Numbered from the stretch's first letter, positions 11,210 through 23,863 are shown. The stretch is DNA of 64,000 nucleotides from Rebecca billardiae RCC1528 (GCA_965240325.2 OZ251247.1:372001-436000), one strand, 5' to 3'. Notes: generated by a model not told the origin, from the sequence alone. Translations and numbers: made by a program.

Positions 11210-12679
11210 ATGGCCAGCACGGCACAGGCGCACGCGCGTCGCCTCGCGCTCGGCGATCTGCCTCCTGAGGTGCTCGACCGCATCATCTCGCTCCTGCTGC
11301 CGCGCGACCTCGCCAGCCTGAACGCCACCGCGCGTCTCTTCCACGCCGCGCCTCCCGGCGGGTGCTCGGCGGTCGAGCGCGCGCTGCGCGAGCGCTCGTG
11401 TGCGCGCGGGCACGCGCGCGCGCTGCCGGTGTCACTGCCCTCCGGCGTGCGCACGTGGACGGAGGAGCTGCTCGTGCGCGAGCGCGTACTCGAGCTCGCA
11501 TGCGTTCACGCATCCCCGGTCGCATGCGGTGGCAACTTCAGCGCGTTTGTGGACGCGGAGGGCGGGCTGCACACGTGCGGCGAGGAGGCGGTGTGGGACG
11601 AGGGCGACGGGCAGTTGACGGTCGAGTACGTGGCGCCTCTGGCCGTGGACCACGCAGACGCCCCGCGCCTGCCAACCCGCGTGTCCTCGCTCAGCGCAGT
11701 GCGCGTGGTCGCGGTTGCCGCTGGCGATCGCCACCTGCTCGCGCTGAGCGAGGCACGCGCCGTGTACGGCTGCGGCAACAACTACTTCGGCCAGCTCGGG
11801 CTGGGGGACAAGAACGAGCGGCGGTCGTTCGCTGTAATCGGCACCCTTCGGGACGAACTCGTCGTGGGCATCGCAGCCGGCTATGTCCAGAATCTCGCGC
11901 TCAGCGCCGATGGCCGCGCGTACAGCTGGGGCTACAACAACGACGGCCAGCTCGGCCAGGGCGACACGGAGGACCGGTGGGAGCCGACGCGCATCAAGGC
12001 GCTGGACGGCGTGCGTTTGGGTGGCGTGGCCGCGGGTGGTGACCACGCGCTGCTTTTCTCCGCCCAAGGCGCCGTCTACTCGTGCGGCAGCGGGAGCGAC
12101 GGCCATCTCGGCCACGGCGACCGGCAGGATCAGCACACGCCGAGGCGCATCGAGGCGCTCGCGGGCGTGCGCGCCGTGCACGTGAGCGCGGGCTGTGCGC
12201 ACAGCCTGGTGGTGGACAGCGAGGGGGCGGTGTACTCGTTTGGGCTCGGCCGGCATGGCCTGCTCGGGCACGGTGACACGCACGAGCAGCTCACGCCGAG
12301 GCGGGTCGACTCCCTCGCGGGTGTGCGCATCGTGCACGCGTGTGCAGGCGCAGACTGCAGCGCGGTGCTGGGCGCGGACGGCAGCGTGCACACGTTTGGG
12401 AGCAACACCAACGGCGAGCTGGGGCTGGGCGTCGCTGCTACTGCCGTGCCCCTCCCGCAACGCGTGCACGCTCTCGCGCACACCCGCGTTGTGCGCTGCG
12501 CCATGGGCGGTCACGCAGCGCTGTACGTGGCGTCGGACGGCAGCGTGTACTCGTGCGGGGCTCACACGGCAGCGCTCGGCCTCGGGCTGACTCGTGCCAC
12601 CTCGCAGGGAGCTCTGCAGACGCCTACGCGGATCGCAGAGCTGCCGCGCGTGGACACAGGTGAGGCTGAGTCGGCGTGA
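11210..12679 (+). CDS. F-box/RCC1-repeat protein copy 3
   Basis: Starts MASTAQAHARRLALGDLPPEVLDRIISLL, homologous to copy 2; RCC1 blades; 3' third nearly identical to copy 2. Confidence 0.92.
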   Translation: MASTAQAHARRLALGDLPPEVLDRIISLLLPRDLASLNATARLFHAAPPGGCSAVERALRERSCARGHARALPVSLPSGVRTWTEELLVRERVLELACVHASPVACGGNFSAFVDAEGGLHTCGEEAVWDEGDGQLTVEYVAPLAVDHADAPRLPTRVSSLSAVRVVAVAAGDRHLLALSEARAVYGCGNNYFGQLGLGDKNERRSFAVIGTLRDELVVGIAAGYVQNLALSADGRAYSWGYNNDGQLGQGDTEDRWEPTRIKALDGVRLGGVAAGGDHALLFSAQGAVYSCGSGSDGHLGHGDRQDQHTPRRIEALAGVRAVHVSAGCAHSLVVDSEGAVYSFGLGRHGLLGHGDTHEQLTPRRVDSLAGVRIVHACAGADCSAVLGADGSVHTFGSNTNGELGLGVAATAVPLPQRVHALAHTRVVRCAMGGHAALYVASDGSVYSCGAHTAALGLGLTRATSQGALQTPTRIAELPRVDTGEAESA

Positions 12680-13000
12680 GTGCCACGTGTGCGCTGCGTG
12701 CGGCCGGCAGCGCAAGTGCTGTGGCAGTGCGCGACATGAGCCCTCGCCGCCACTCACTCACTCACTGCCAACCTGAGTCAGCCGACAGACGGGCTGATGC
12801 GTCTGACTGAAGTCGACCCGCCGGCGACGACTGCGTCCGGACGAGTCTGAGGGCCGCGCCCCGTTCTAGGCAGGCTCAGCTAGTTAGCTGCGGGCTGCAG
12901 CCACGCCTTTCAGATGCAATTGTCTCGGCGGGTGGCGCACGCCCGAGCGTGACGGTCTTTGGTGTGACCTGGGTTGGCCGGTGCGGCGGGACGCGGGTGG

Positions 13001-14078
13001 AGGCCACTTCACCGAAATCGAGGTTGGGGAGGATCTCCGCTGCACTGGTGGGGAGGATGTCATCCTCCCCGCTCGCCGCGGCTGGGGAGGATCTCCGCCG
13101 CGCTGTTCGGTCTTTCGCCGCTGACAAAACTTTCGAAAATGAAAGTCGCGCCATGGCGGACCCGGTGTTCCCGCCCGGCGGCGAAAGGGGCGCGGGGCCG
13201 GTGGCTCGCGATCCGAAGGGCAGTAGTTCGCGACCTCGCTTGGGCGGCGGCAGCGGCGCTGTGGCATGGCGTGTACCATCCGCGCGGCTGTGCGCGATCG
13301 CGCGGTCCCGTTCGTCGCCACGCCGCGCGCGACCGTTCACGCCACAGTCTTTCCGCACCGGCATGCACCCCTTGCAAGCGCATGACGGCGGAGAGCTCAG
13401 AGAGCCCGTCACGCGCGTGACGACCGTGTGGGATGGGTTGTACAACTTGTCTTCATGTTCAGGGAGGCACGCGCCGGCCCATGAGGCGGGCATGAGGATC
13501 ATGGACGGCTGCTGTACTGTTCACAACTCCATGGCCGTGTGGCAGGCGATGACTCATCTTGCAGCAGTTAGGAATGGTCTGAACGTTGGATGGGCTCATC
13601 AGAAAGCCTACGAAGGCAGCGTTCACATCGGCACAACCCATCCCACATGGTCGTCACGCGCGTGACGGGCTCTCTGAGCTCTCCGCCGTCATGCGCTTGC
13701 AAGGGGTGCATGCCGGTGCGGAAAGACTGTGGCGTGAACGGTCGCGCGCGGCGCGGCGTGGCGACGAACGGGACCGCGCGCTCGCGCACAGCCGCGCGGA
13801 TGGTACACGCCATGCCACAGCGCCGCTGCCGCCGCCCAAGCGAGGTCGCGAACTACTGCCCTTCGGATCGCGAGCCACCGGCCCCGCGCCCCTTTCGCCG
13901 CCGGGCGGGAACACCGGGTCCGCCATGGCGCGACTTTCGTTTTCGAAAGTTTTGTCAGCGGCGAAAGACCGAACAGCGCGGCGGAGATCCTCCCCAGCCG
14001 CGGCGAGCGGGGAGGATGACATCCTCCCCACCAGTGCAGCGGAGATCCTCCCCAACCTGGATTTCGGTGAAGTGGCCT
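13001..14078. mobile_element. Non-autonomous foldback/long-TIR element (about 440-bp TIRs, about 190-bp spacer)
   Basis: 13001-13441 is the near-perfect reverse complement of 13633-14078. Direct repeat CGGGTGG at 12994-13000 and 14079-14085; an equally valid reading is a 5-bp GGGTG TSD with ends at 13000/14079. Confidence 0.88.
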
Positions 14079-14301
14079 CGGGTGGTTGGCCACGGATGGC
14101 CACTGAAACTAGTGAAAGGCGGGTGTTCCGGCGGCCGCGTCGTGATGGTCAGGAACCGGACAAGCTCACCCGCGCAGCAAAAACCGCCGCGCGGCGACGC
14201 CCGCGCACCCCACGGCCAGGCGGGCGCCGAGTCCCGCCCAGCAGCTGCCGCGCTCCTCCCGCCCACCCGCCGCCACCGGCCACCCAGCACGACACGCCGC
14301 C

Positions 14302-17300
14302 ATGGTCGCGCGGCGGCCGCAGCAGCCGGCGGATTCGCCCTCCGCCGCGCGCGAGCGCGTCTTCCGTGCGTGCGCGAAGCCGATCGACTACGCCGAGCGC
14401 GCGCAGCGCGCGCGCGCGGCGGCCGAGGCCGCGGCCGCGTCCGCGGCGGCCGAGGCCGCGCAACGGCGGCGGCGGCGACGTGGCGCGCGCGGCGCGGCGC
14501 GTGGCGCGGCGCGTGGTGGCACGCGGCGTGACGCCCTGCGCGAGCAGCACGACTCGGACTCCGACGACGACGACGACGACGACGACGAGCGTCCGCGCGC
14601 CGGAGGGCGGCAGCGCGCGTTCGCGCGCCGGCGGCGCTGGTCCGTCGGCGAGCGCGCGCGGCTGCACGCGCTGCTCCGCACGCACGGGCGCGACTGGCCC
14701 ACGGTGGCCGCGCGGCTGGGCGGCGGCCGTACGCCGCGCGACGTGAGCATTTATTTTTCAAACTACCGCAAAGCGCGCGGGCTTGGCGCGCTTGTGGCCG
14801 CGGCGGACGCGGCGGCGGAGGGCGGAGGGCCGAGTGGTGCGCGCGGCGGCGGCGGCGGCGCGCGCGGTGGCGGCGGCGGCGCGCGCGTGGCGCGGGGTGG
14901 TGGTGGCGGCGGTGGCGGTGGCGGCGCGCGGCGGCGGCGCGAGGCGCGCACGTTTGTGCCGTCGCCGCCGCCGCCACCGCCGCCGCGCTTCTCGCAGGCG
15001 CAGCTGCGCGCGGCGATGGCGGCGGTGCCGCTGCCCGCGCTCGCCGTCAGCGCGTGGGCGGCGCCACCGCCTTCGCACCAGCCGCCGCCGCCCCAGCAGC
15101 CGGCCGCCGCGCCCGTGCTCGCGCCCGCCGGCGCGGAGGCCGCTGACGCGCCGGAGGCCGCGGGCGAGGCCCCGGCTGCGCCGCCTGCCGCTGAGCCTTT
15201 GGCGCCGGCCGCAGCCGCGGACGCCGCCGCTGCCGCGCCTGCGGCGCCCGCGGCGGATGGGGCGGCGCCGGCGGCCGAGCCCGCCGCCGCGCCTTCCCCG
15301 CCCGTGCCGCCGCCCCCTGCGCGAGTCGGCGCAGTGCACGCGCCGCGCGGCCGTGCGTGGGTGGTGCATGCGACCTGTGAGCACGCGGGCGTGCGCTGGC
15401 GGCGCGCGCCGGTGCGCGGCTGGGCGGCGAGTGTGCAGCTCGGGGGGATGGTCTTCCACCTCAGTCCGGGCGGGCCGCCGAGCCCGGGCGGCGACGGGGC
15501 CGGCGGCGCCGCCGCCAGTGCGCCCGCCACGCCCGCGTCCGCGCACACGCCGCAGGCAGAGCCATCCTCTGCCGGCACTGCGTGCGGCGGCGGCGGCGGT
15601 GCTGCCGCTGCCACTGCCGCCACTGCTGCCACTGCTGCCACTGCCACTGCCGCTGCCGCTGCTGCCGCGCCGCAGGGCGATGCTGTCTGCGCCGACGCCG
15701 CCGTGCGCGAACCTTCATCCCCCGCCGCCGCACGACAGGAGGCAGCGCCTCCCGCGCCCGCGCACACGCCGCCCCCGGACTCGGCGGAGGGCGGCGGTGT
15801 CTTCCCGACAGCGGAGATGGCCGCGCGCGCGTGCGACGCCTTCACGGCGCACTACGGGGGGCTCGCGGCCGCGCGCATCGTGCGCGAGCTGGGCGGGACG
15901 GCGGCGCTGGGCGTCGGGCTGGGCGCCAACCCTACCCCTACCCCTACCCCTACCCCTACCCCTACCCCTAGTGCTAGCCCAGGGGCGGCGCCGCTTGGCG
16001 CGTTGGCGGGCGTGGTGGGTGTGCAGGGCTGCGCGGCGGGCGCGCCGCCGGCGGCCGATGCGGCCCCGGCGGCGGCGGCGGCCACGGTCGCGCTGACGCC
16101 ATGCGCCGAGGCGGCGGGCGCGGCGCCCGGCGCGGCGGGCGCGGCGGCGCCGGCCGCGCTCGCTGCCTTCGCCCCTGCGGCGGCGGCGCTCGCCGACGCA
16201 GCCGCCCCTGCGGCGGCAGGCGCTGCCGCCGTCGGCGCGCCCGCGGTCGGCGCCGCCGCACCCGCCGCGGCGGCGCCAGCGCCGGCTGCAACGGCCGCCC
16301 CCGCCGCGGCGGCGCCTGCCGCGGCGGCGGAGGGTGGCGCGGCCGCGCACGCCGCGCCGCCGGCCTCCGCGCCGCCGGCGGCGGCGGCGCCGCCAGCCGG
16401 CGCGGCGCCGGCGGCCAGCAGCGCCGCCGCCGCGGCCGGCGCTTCGCCCGGCGCCGCCGCCGTCCGCGTCGTCGCGCCGTCCGCCGCCGCGGTCTCCGCC
16501 GCCGCCGCCGCGGCGGACGCCGCGGCGATCGGCGCCGCGGCGAGCGCTGCGTCCGCGCTCACGCCGCCGCCGCGGCTGCCCGCGTGGGCGAGCGCACCGC
16601 TCGAGTGCTGGCAGTGGCGCATGCTGCGCGCGGTGGCGGGGCGCGCGGCGCTGGCCGTCGAGCGCTGCGTGGCGGACGCGGCGGAGCGCGTGGCGCGCGC
16701 GCGCGCCGTCGCGTACGCGCGCGCGCTCGCGCACGCCGAGCGCGCCGCCGAGCGCGCCGTGGCCGATCGCGCGCGCGCCGAGGCCGCCGCGTCCAAGCGC
16801 CGCGTCGCCATCGAGGCGCGGCTGCGCGCGCGCGCACAGGCGGAGGACGAGGCGTGGGCGCGCGCGCTCGCTGCGCACGCGGCGCGGCGCCGGCTGAGCG
16901 TCGAGGCGGCGCTGCTGCGCGGCGCGAAGCTCGAGGAGCGCGCGGACGCGCGCGCGCGCGACGCGGCGGCGCGCCGCGCGGTCGCGCTCGCCGAGCGCGA
17001 GGCGCGGCGCGTCGCGGCCGCCGCCGCCGCGGCCGCCGCGGCCGCGGCGCGGCGGCAGCAGCAGGAGGCGGCGGCGGAGGAGGCGCGGATGCGCGCGGCG
17101 GCGGTGGCCGAGGCGCGGCGGCTCGCGGCGGAGGGCGCGGCGGAGGCGCGCAGGCGCGCCGCGCTCGCCGCCGCCGCCGAGCGCAAGGCGGCTGCGGCCG
17201 CGGCGGCGCAGGCGCGTCGGCAGGAGGCAGCGGCGGCTCGCGAGGCGGAGTCGGCGGCCACACACGCGGCCAAGCGCGCGCGCGCCGGCGGGAGCGGCGA

Positions 17301-17826
17301 TGGCGGCGGCGGCGGTGGTGGCGGTGTCGCTGCTGGCAGCGTCGGCGCTGCTGCCTCTGCTGCCGCCGGCGGCTCTGGCGGCGGCGGTGGCAGCAGCCGC
17401 GGCGGCGGCGGCCACAAGCGCAAGCGCGCGCCGGCGGGCGCCGCGGCCGACGCGCCGCAGCCGCGGCGGCCGCCCGCGCCGCGGCCGCCCCCACAGACGC
17501 CGCCGCCGCTGCCGACGGCGGCCGTGCTGCCGCTGCCGCCGCTCGTGCCCGCCCTCGTCGTCGCCGTGCGCTCGCCCGGCGGCGGCATCACCCGCGTCCT
17601 CGCAGACTCGCCCGGCGGCAGCGGCGCCGACGGCGAAGCCCCGCGCCCGGTGGTGAAGGCGCGGCGCGCGTCGGCGCCCGTGGTGGCGGCGGCGCGCGCG
17701 CTGCTCGCCGCGCACGGCGCGATGGGCTGCGCGGCGGGGGCAGGCGCGGCGCCCTCCGCGCCGAGTGCAGCGGGCGAGGCGACGGCCGCCGTCGTGCGCG
17801 CGGGCCGCGTGGCGACCGCGGCGCCA

Positions 17827-17863
<37 letters not shown>

Positions 17864-17946
17864 GTGCGGGGGGCGCGCCGAGCAGCAGCGCGATGATGGC
17901 GGCGGTGGTGCGCATGCGGCTCTCGGGCCACTCGGCGGGTTGGTAG
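14302..17946 (+). CDS. Large Ala-rich protein with a SANT/Myb domain, a split AP2-like domain and a predicted coiled coil; start and introns uncertain
   Basis: WSVGERARLHALLRTHGRDWPTVAARLGGGRTPRDVSIYFSNYRKARGL (SANT/Myb, about 14635-14785). HAGVRWRR..GWAASVQLGGMVFHL and GVFPTAEMAARACDAF match the two halves of AP2. HKRKR is a possible NLS. Confidence 0.7.
15930..15970 (+). repeat. (CCCTAC)n hexamer run, a telomere-repeat variant; reads PTPTPT in frame
   Basis: aaccctacccctacccctacc... seen directly. Confidence 0.85.
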
Positions 17947-20900
17947 TGCACGCGCTCTGGTTGATGCCAGCTGGCGGGTGCATTGGGGCACGTCGTACGC
18001 ACACACGACTCAGAGACAGAGTAGGTCTACGACTCAGACTGAGAGTGTCTAGTGAGACGAGGAGTCTATAGGACTTCCGGTTCGTAGTATATATACCCAG
18101 AGTACTATGCTGATGACGCGCTAACCGGGTCACCGGCTGATGCGCCCTACGCTAGCTTGCCGGCCAGTCAGCCGCAGCAGGGACTATGATGCTGATCGAG
18201 CCCGAGATCATGTTTGCGTTGCCTGACGAGGGACCTACTCTCAGCCAGGGGACGTGCATTTTGCACGTTGAGATCGCGTTCAAGGTTCCTAAGGCGAGCG
18301 CTCCCGGACCGCCCCCGGACACGCCGCCGAGCGCCGCGAGGCCGTTGGCCTCGCCGTCGACGGCGCCGCGATGAGCGCTGCCACGGCTGCAGACGTGCGC
18401 GCTGCGCCCAGCGCGCGAGACGAGCGGGCGCACAGTCCCCACGCACGCAGCCGCGCCGCTTGTCCCGACCTGCGTCTCCGTCTCCTCGCGCCGCGCGCGC
18501 AGGGCGAGGCAGACGAGTTGTGCCCAGTCGGACGCCGCGGCAGCCGCGCAGGTGGCGGCACTGATCGAGGGCTCGCCGCGGGCGCTCCTGGGGCCCTGCC
18601 TCAAGGAGCTGCTCGTGACGACCGCGACCGCCCTCGAGCGCCTTCCTCAGGCCCGAGCCCACTCCGGCGCACTGCGGCTGGCGGCCGGACAAGCGAGCAC
18701 GGTCGCGCCTGGCGGCGAGGAAGCTGCGCAGCCGCGTGCGCAGCCGGTGTCGGATGCGGATGCAACGACGATGGAGATGGACGACGGCGTCGGTGGCGAT
18801 ATCGTTGACGGCGCGCACGCTGGTGACGCGATGTCCGCGCAGGGCGAGGGGGAGCGGGAGGACGCAAACTACGGGCGAGCAGGGGCGTGAGTCGGTCTCG
18901 TGACAGCACCCGCGACTCCGCTCGATGATCGTGGTCAGACGACAGAGTCCGAAGTCCTACATCAGCCCAGACGCGCGACGCTTTCACTCGAAGCCTGACT
19001 GCTGCGGAGTCCACGACCGTCTCGTCAGACCGGTCCGCGGACACAACTCGGCGGGCACTCGAGGCCGACGCGCAGTCCGGCCGCGGCGCGGCCGCCGCGC
19101 GTCGGGACGGTCACATTGCCGTGTCAGACTATGCCTATGGCGGTCGTCTCAGTTGACCACAGCAGTGACATGGTCCCGGCGGCCTCGTCACCGTAGATGC
19201 CGGGCCAGACCTCTTACAGTAGTAGCATCATCAGTCATCATCAACCACGACACTACCGCCGCCACGACCATCGATCAGCGGCCGCGGCTGCGCTGTTGGG
19301 CCCGTGTTGGCGCGTGTCACAGACACATTGCCGATAACGGATAAGGCGATACATCACGAGTCACGTCTCACCGCGCACCGCCACTCAACCGTAACAATGC
19401 TGCGGCGAGCACGTACCGGTCACGTCGCCTCTCGGCTCATGGGCACTGACACCGCTGTCACGAGCGCCAGCGTCCCTGCTGGTCGCCGCGCTGGAGCCAG
19501 AGGCGCGACTGTCCGAGGCAGTAGACACGCGACCGACTGTCTGCGCTGTCCTCGCGGCGTGTGCCTCTGCCTCCTCCGAGGTCGCGCGTTCGACTTGGCG
19601 CCCACGGGCACGGCAGGAGTGCCCCTCGCTCGGCGCCGCCCACTGTCGGCTGCTTCAGGAGGGCGTAAGCGAAGGCCTGGCTCAGCTTGGCAATGGCTCG
19701 CCGCTTCTTGCTCCAGTGCGCCAGGTAGACGGCGTCTGACGCGTCCGGCTCGCCCTTTGGCCGCCTCCGCCGCGGCTGCGCGCGCTGACGCGCGCCAGCA
19801 GTGCCACGTTGAAGACCTGTCGGCGCGGCTTCTCTCGCAGCTCGCCACCTTGCCCATGACGGCGAGGCACCGGAACACAATGCGAGAGTCCTTGGCGTCG
19901 GGCGTCGAGGCGGCGGCGGCGGCGCCAGCGATGAGCAGCGCCCCTCGCGGCGGCGCGACAAGGCCAGCGAGTGCGTCAATCGCCGCCGCCTTGACCGGGC
20001 CTGGGGCTGAGCGCGGCGGAGCAGCGGCGGCGCGGCCGCTGCCACGGCCGCCTCGGCCGCGGCCGCCGCGGCCGCCACCCTCCCCCGCTGGACAGCCTTG
20101 GCAGCGGGTGGTCCGAGTCGACGACGCACCTGGGAATCGGTCCTGCGCCCACGTCGTCCCGGCTGGCAGGCTGCGCGCGTCGTCTCGTGCGAGCTCGACA
20201 AGCTCGCGCAGCCGGACGAGCCGCGATCGCCTCCGACTCCGCCATCGCAGATCGCACGGACTCGGCACTGAACGGGTTCAGGACGGGCACTGAGCCAGCA
20301 AGCCCGTCCTCAAAGCCCCTCCTCGCCCGTAGTATGCTGCAGCCCCTCGTCGGACTGCTCCTCGTCCTCGTCGTCATCCCGCTCCCCCTCGCCCTCGCCC
20401 TGCGCGGACATCGCGTCACCAGCGTGCGCGCCGTCAACGATATCACCACCGACGCCGTCGTCCATCTCCATCGTCGTCGCATCCGCATCCGACACTGGCT
20501 GCGCACGCGGCTGCGCAGCTTCCTCGCCGCCAGGCGCGACCGTGCTCGCTTGTCCGGCCGCCAGCCGCAGTGCGCCGGAGTGGGCTCGGGCCTGAGGAAG
20601 GCGCTCGAGGGCGGTCGCGGTCGTCACGAGCAGCTCCTTGAGGCAGGGCCCCAGGAGCGCCCGCGGCGAGCCCTCGATCAGTGCCGCCACCTGCGCGGCT
20701 GCCGCGGCGTCCGACTGGGCACAACTCGTCTGCCTCGCCCTGCGCGCGCGGCGCGAGGAGACGGAGACGCAGGTCGGGACAAGCGGCGCGGCTGCGTGCG
20801 TGGGGACTGTGCGCCCGCTCGTCTCGCGCGCTGGGCGCAGCGCGCACGTCTGCAGCCGTGGCAGCGCTCATCGCGGCGCCGTCGACGGCGAGGCCAACGG

Positions 20901-22949
20901 CCTCGCGGCGCTCGGCGGCGTGTCCGGGGGCGGTCCGGGAGCGCTCGCCTTAGGAACCTTGAACGCGATCTCAACGCCGCGCGCGCGTCGCGCTCCTTCT
21001 GGCGAACCGGTGTTTACGATAGGCGGATGCAGGGGTTGCCTGGGGCCGCCAGTCGCCACGGGGGGGGGCAGGGCGGCGAGGCAGCGCCCGCCCGGCAGCA
21101 CATCGCCCCCCCCGTGGACGCTGACTCAAGCCGCACCCACCCCAGCGCGGCGATCCCACGCCAGGGAGGGCGGGCGGGAGGCGGAGGAGCGCCGCTGGCT
21201 GTCCGTGAGTGTGCCGGCGCCGCCGCGGCCTGCCGCCCGGGGGCCCCGGGCCCGGGCGGGGCCGCTGTGCTCAGGCGTCGGCCGGGGCAGGGTGCGCCGG
21301 GGGGCAGTCGCGGCGGAAGCGGTCGGCTGCACGACGTGGGCTGCCCTGACCGGCCCCGAAGGTGCGCCTGTCACGCCGAGGGTCGGCCCGCCTGCAGGTA
21401 CGCTCACTTTCCGCTTGGTACCCGCGCCGCAAAGGCGAGCTGCTTCCGACTCACATCTCGTCACCGTCCGGTCACTCCGGCGATGCCGCTGCGAGCGCCG
21501 AGCCCGCGTCCGGCCAGGTATACGCCCACCTAGCGGGGAGGGGCACGGACGGCGGCGGAGCAGCGACGCGGCAGTCATAACGCGATAACCACCGCGGACT
21601 GCCAAACCCACCACTCCCGTCGCGTCGGCCATCGCCCCATAACCGCGCGCGCGTCGCGCTCCTTCTGGCGAACCGGTGTTTACGATAGGCGGATGCAGGG
21701 GTTGCCTGGGGCCGCCAGTCGCCACGGGGGGGGGCAGGGCGGCGAGGCAGCGCCCGCCCAAAGAGGCGCAGCGCCAGGCGCCACGCCGGCGTGGCCGGCG
21801 TCGGCCGGCGCGGCCGAGGCCAGGCCCGGCCCCGACCCCCAGAGGCGCAGCGCCCTGCCCACCACCACGCCGCACGCCGCCGGTGTGAGGCCGCGGAGCG
21901 GCGGACTGGGTGCCCCCCCCCCTCCCCCCCAGCGCTCAGCCCCTGCCAGAGGTCGCCGAGAGCCCGCAGCGACCGGCGGACCACAGGACCACTGGCGTAA
22001 CCCGCCCGTCGTCGCGCGCCGGCACAGGCCAGGCGAAGCGCTGCAGGTGACCCGCAGGCCACGCCGTCCACTTGCCCGACGAAACCGCCCAGCAGCACGC
22101 GCGCACCGCCGCCGCCGCCGCCGGCCGGCGAGAGCGCATGCGCCCGAGCCGTCGCGGAACACACCCGAGCCGACATGAGGCGCAGGTATCGACGTCGGCT
22201 TGCCGACAACGTCGTCAACCACGCGCCTGCAGACCGCACGAGCGCCCGTGAAAGCGCGCCGAAAAGGGGCGTGCGAGGTGACGCGCACGGTGCGCGAATG
22301 GTGATGGCCGTGCGGCGCACGAATGACGATCGGTGCGCGCGCACGATGAGCGGTGCGCGCGCGGGCGGATCGGAGCGCGCGCATGATAAACGGCGCATGA
22401 TACTCGGCGCGCGCGCATGACGGCGCGCGCGCATGATGATCGGCGCTGGTCGGTGCGCGCGCATGATGATCGTCACGCGATGATCGGCGCGCGCGCATGA
22501 CCATGCGCGCGCGTGACGAATTCGCCGCAACGGCTCGCGCGAGAGGCACAAGGCGATTGACGATGAACGCGACCACGTTCGAGCGCTCGAGCGAAGCAGG
22601 AGGTGATGAGTGAGGAAGATGGCACAGGAATGGGAGAGGAACGCGTGGCGCGTGGCGGGAAGGGCCAGGCACGCTCGGCGTGAGGAAAGGAACGCGCGTA
22701 GAAACGGAACGGAACGGAAAGCAGCGGTTCGAGCGATAGACAGGAGGTGATTGACGATGATGAGCGCGTCCGCGCTCGAGCGACGCAGAAGGTGACGAGC
22801 GAGGAAGACCAAGGCCAGGTGAAAGCGCCGCAGGTGGCCAGCGGGCCACGTCGCTTTTCGCGCCCGAAAACGCCCAGCAGCGCGCGCGCCCCGCTGCAGT
22901 GGCAGCCGACCGGCGAGAGCTGCATCCGCCAGAGCCGCCACGCGGCGCA

Positions 22950-23280
22950 GGTATCAACGCCGGCCCGCCGACAACGTCGTCCCCGACACCCCGGCCACAG
23001 ACACCACGTACACCCATGTAAGCGCGCCGAAAGGTGCGCGCGAGGATGGCGCACTCGGCACCCGAATGATGATGATGGTTATTGCGCGGAGCACGAATGA
23101 TGATCGGCGCGCGCGGGTATCAACGCCAGCCCGCCGACGACGTCGTCCCCCACGCCCCGGCCACAGACACCACGTACGCCCATGTAAGCGCGCCGAAAGG
23201 TGTGTGCGATGATGGCACGCTCGGCACCCGGATGATGATGCGATGGTTACGCTGAGCACGAAGTGATGATCGGCGCGCGC
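22950..23280. repeat. Diverged tandem duplication, about 166 bp x2
   Basis: ggtatcaacgcc.gcccgccgac..cgtcgtcccc...ccacagacaccacgtac.cccatgtaagcgcgccgaaagg occurs at about 22950 and about 23116. Confidence 0.8.
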
Positions 23281-23315
23281 ACATGATGATGATCGGCGCG
23301 CGCGCATGAGAAGAC

Positions 23316-23818
23316 AGGTGCGAGTGACGCGCGGAGAAGATGCGCGCGGAGACGATAGGCGCGGAGGGCATAGGCGCAAGTAACGCGCGAAGGAGATAGG
23401 CGCAAGTAACGCGCGGAGAAGATAGGCGCAAGTAACGCGCGGAGAAGATATAGTAGGCGCAAGTAACGCGCGGAGACAGGCGCAAGTAACGCGCGGAGAA
23501 GATAGGCGCAAGTAAACGCGCGGAGAAGATATAGTAGGCGCAAGTAACGCGCGGAGACAGGCGCAAGTAACGCGCGGAGAAGTAGATAGTATAGGCGCAA
23601 GTAACGCGCGGAGGAGGTATAGGCGCAAGTAACGCGCGGAGACAGGCGCAAGTAACGCGTGGGGAAGTAGATATAGTAGGCGCAAGTAACGCGCGGAGAA
23701 GTAGATAGGCGCAAGTGACGCGCGGAGACAGGCGCAAGTAACGCGCGGAGAAGTAGATAGTAGGCGCAAGTAACGCGCGGAGATGAGATAGGCGCAAGTG
23801 ACGCGCGGAGAAGATAGG
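23316..23818. repeat. Minisatellite: about 16-17 copies of AGGCGCAAGTAACGCGCGGAG with short purine-rich variable linkers
   Basis: 16 close copies counted from 23371 to 23812 plus a degenerate copy at 23316. Linkers include ac, aagat, aagatatagt and aagtagatagtat. Confidence 0.95.
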
Positions 23819-23863
23819 GTGCGCACACGATGATCGGCGCATGATGATCGGCGCGCGCGCGAG

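Noticed and set aside
15715-18071. Long overlapping Arg/Ala-rich ORFs on alternative frames and strands, here and throughout the window
   Set aside because: Shadow ORFs caused by the scarcity of stop codons at high GC; no motifs.
23316-23818. CRISPR-like array of constant repeats with variable spacers
   Set aside because: Spacers are only about 2-13 nt, low-complexity and reused; there are no cas genes and the context is eukaryotic.
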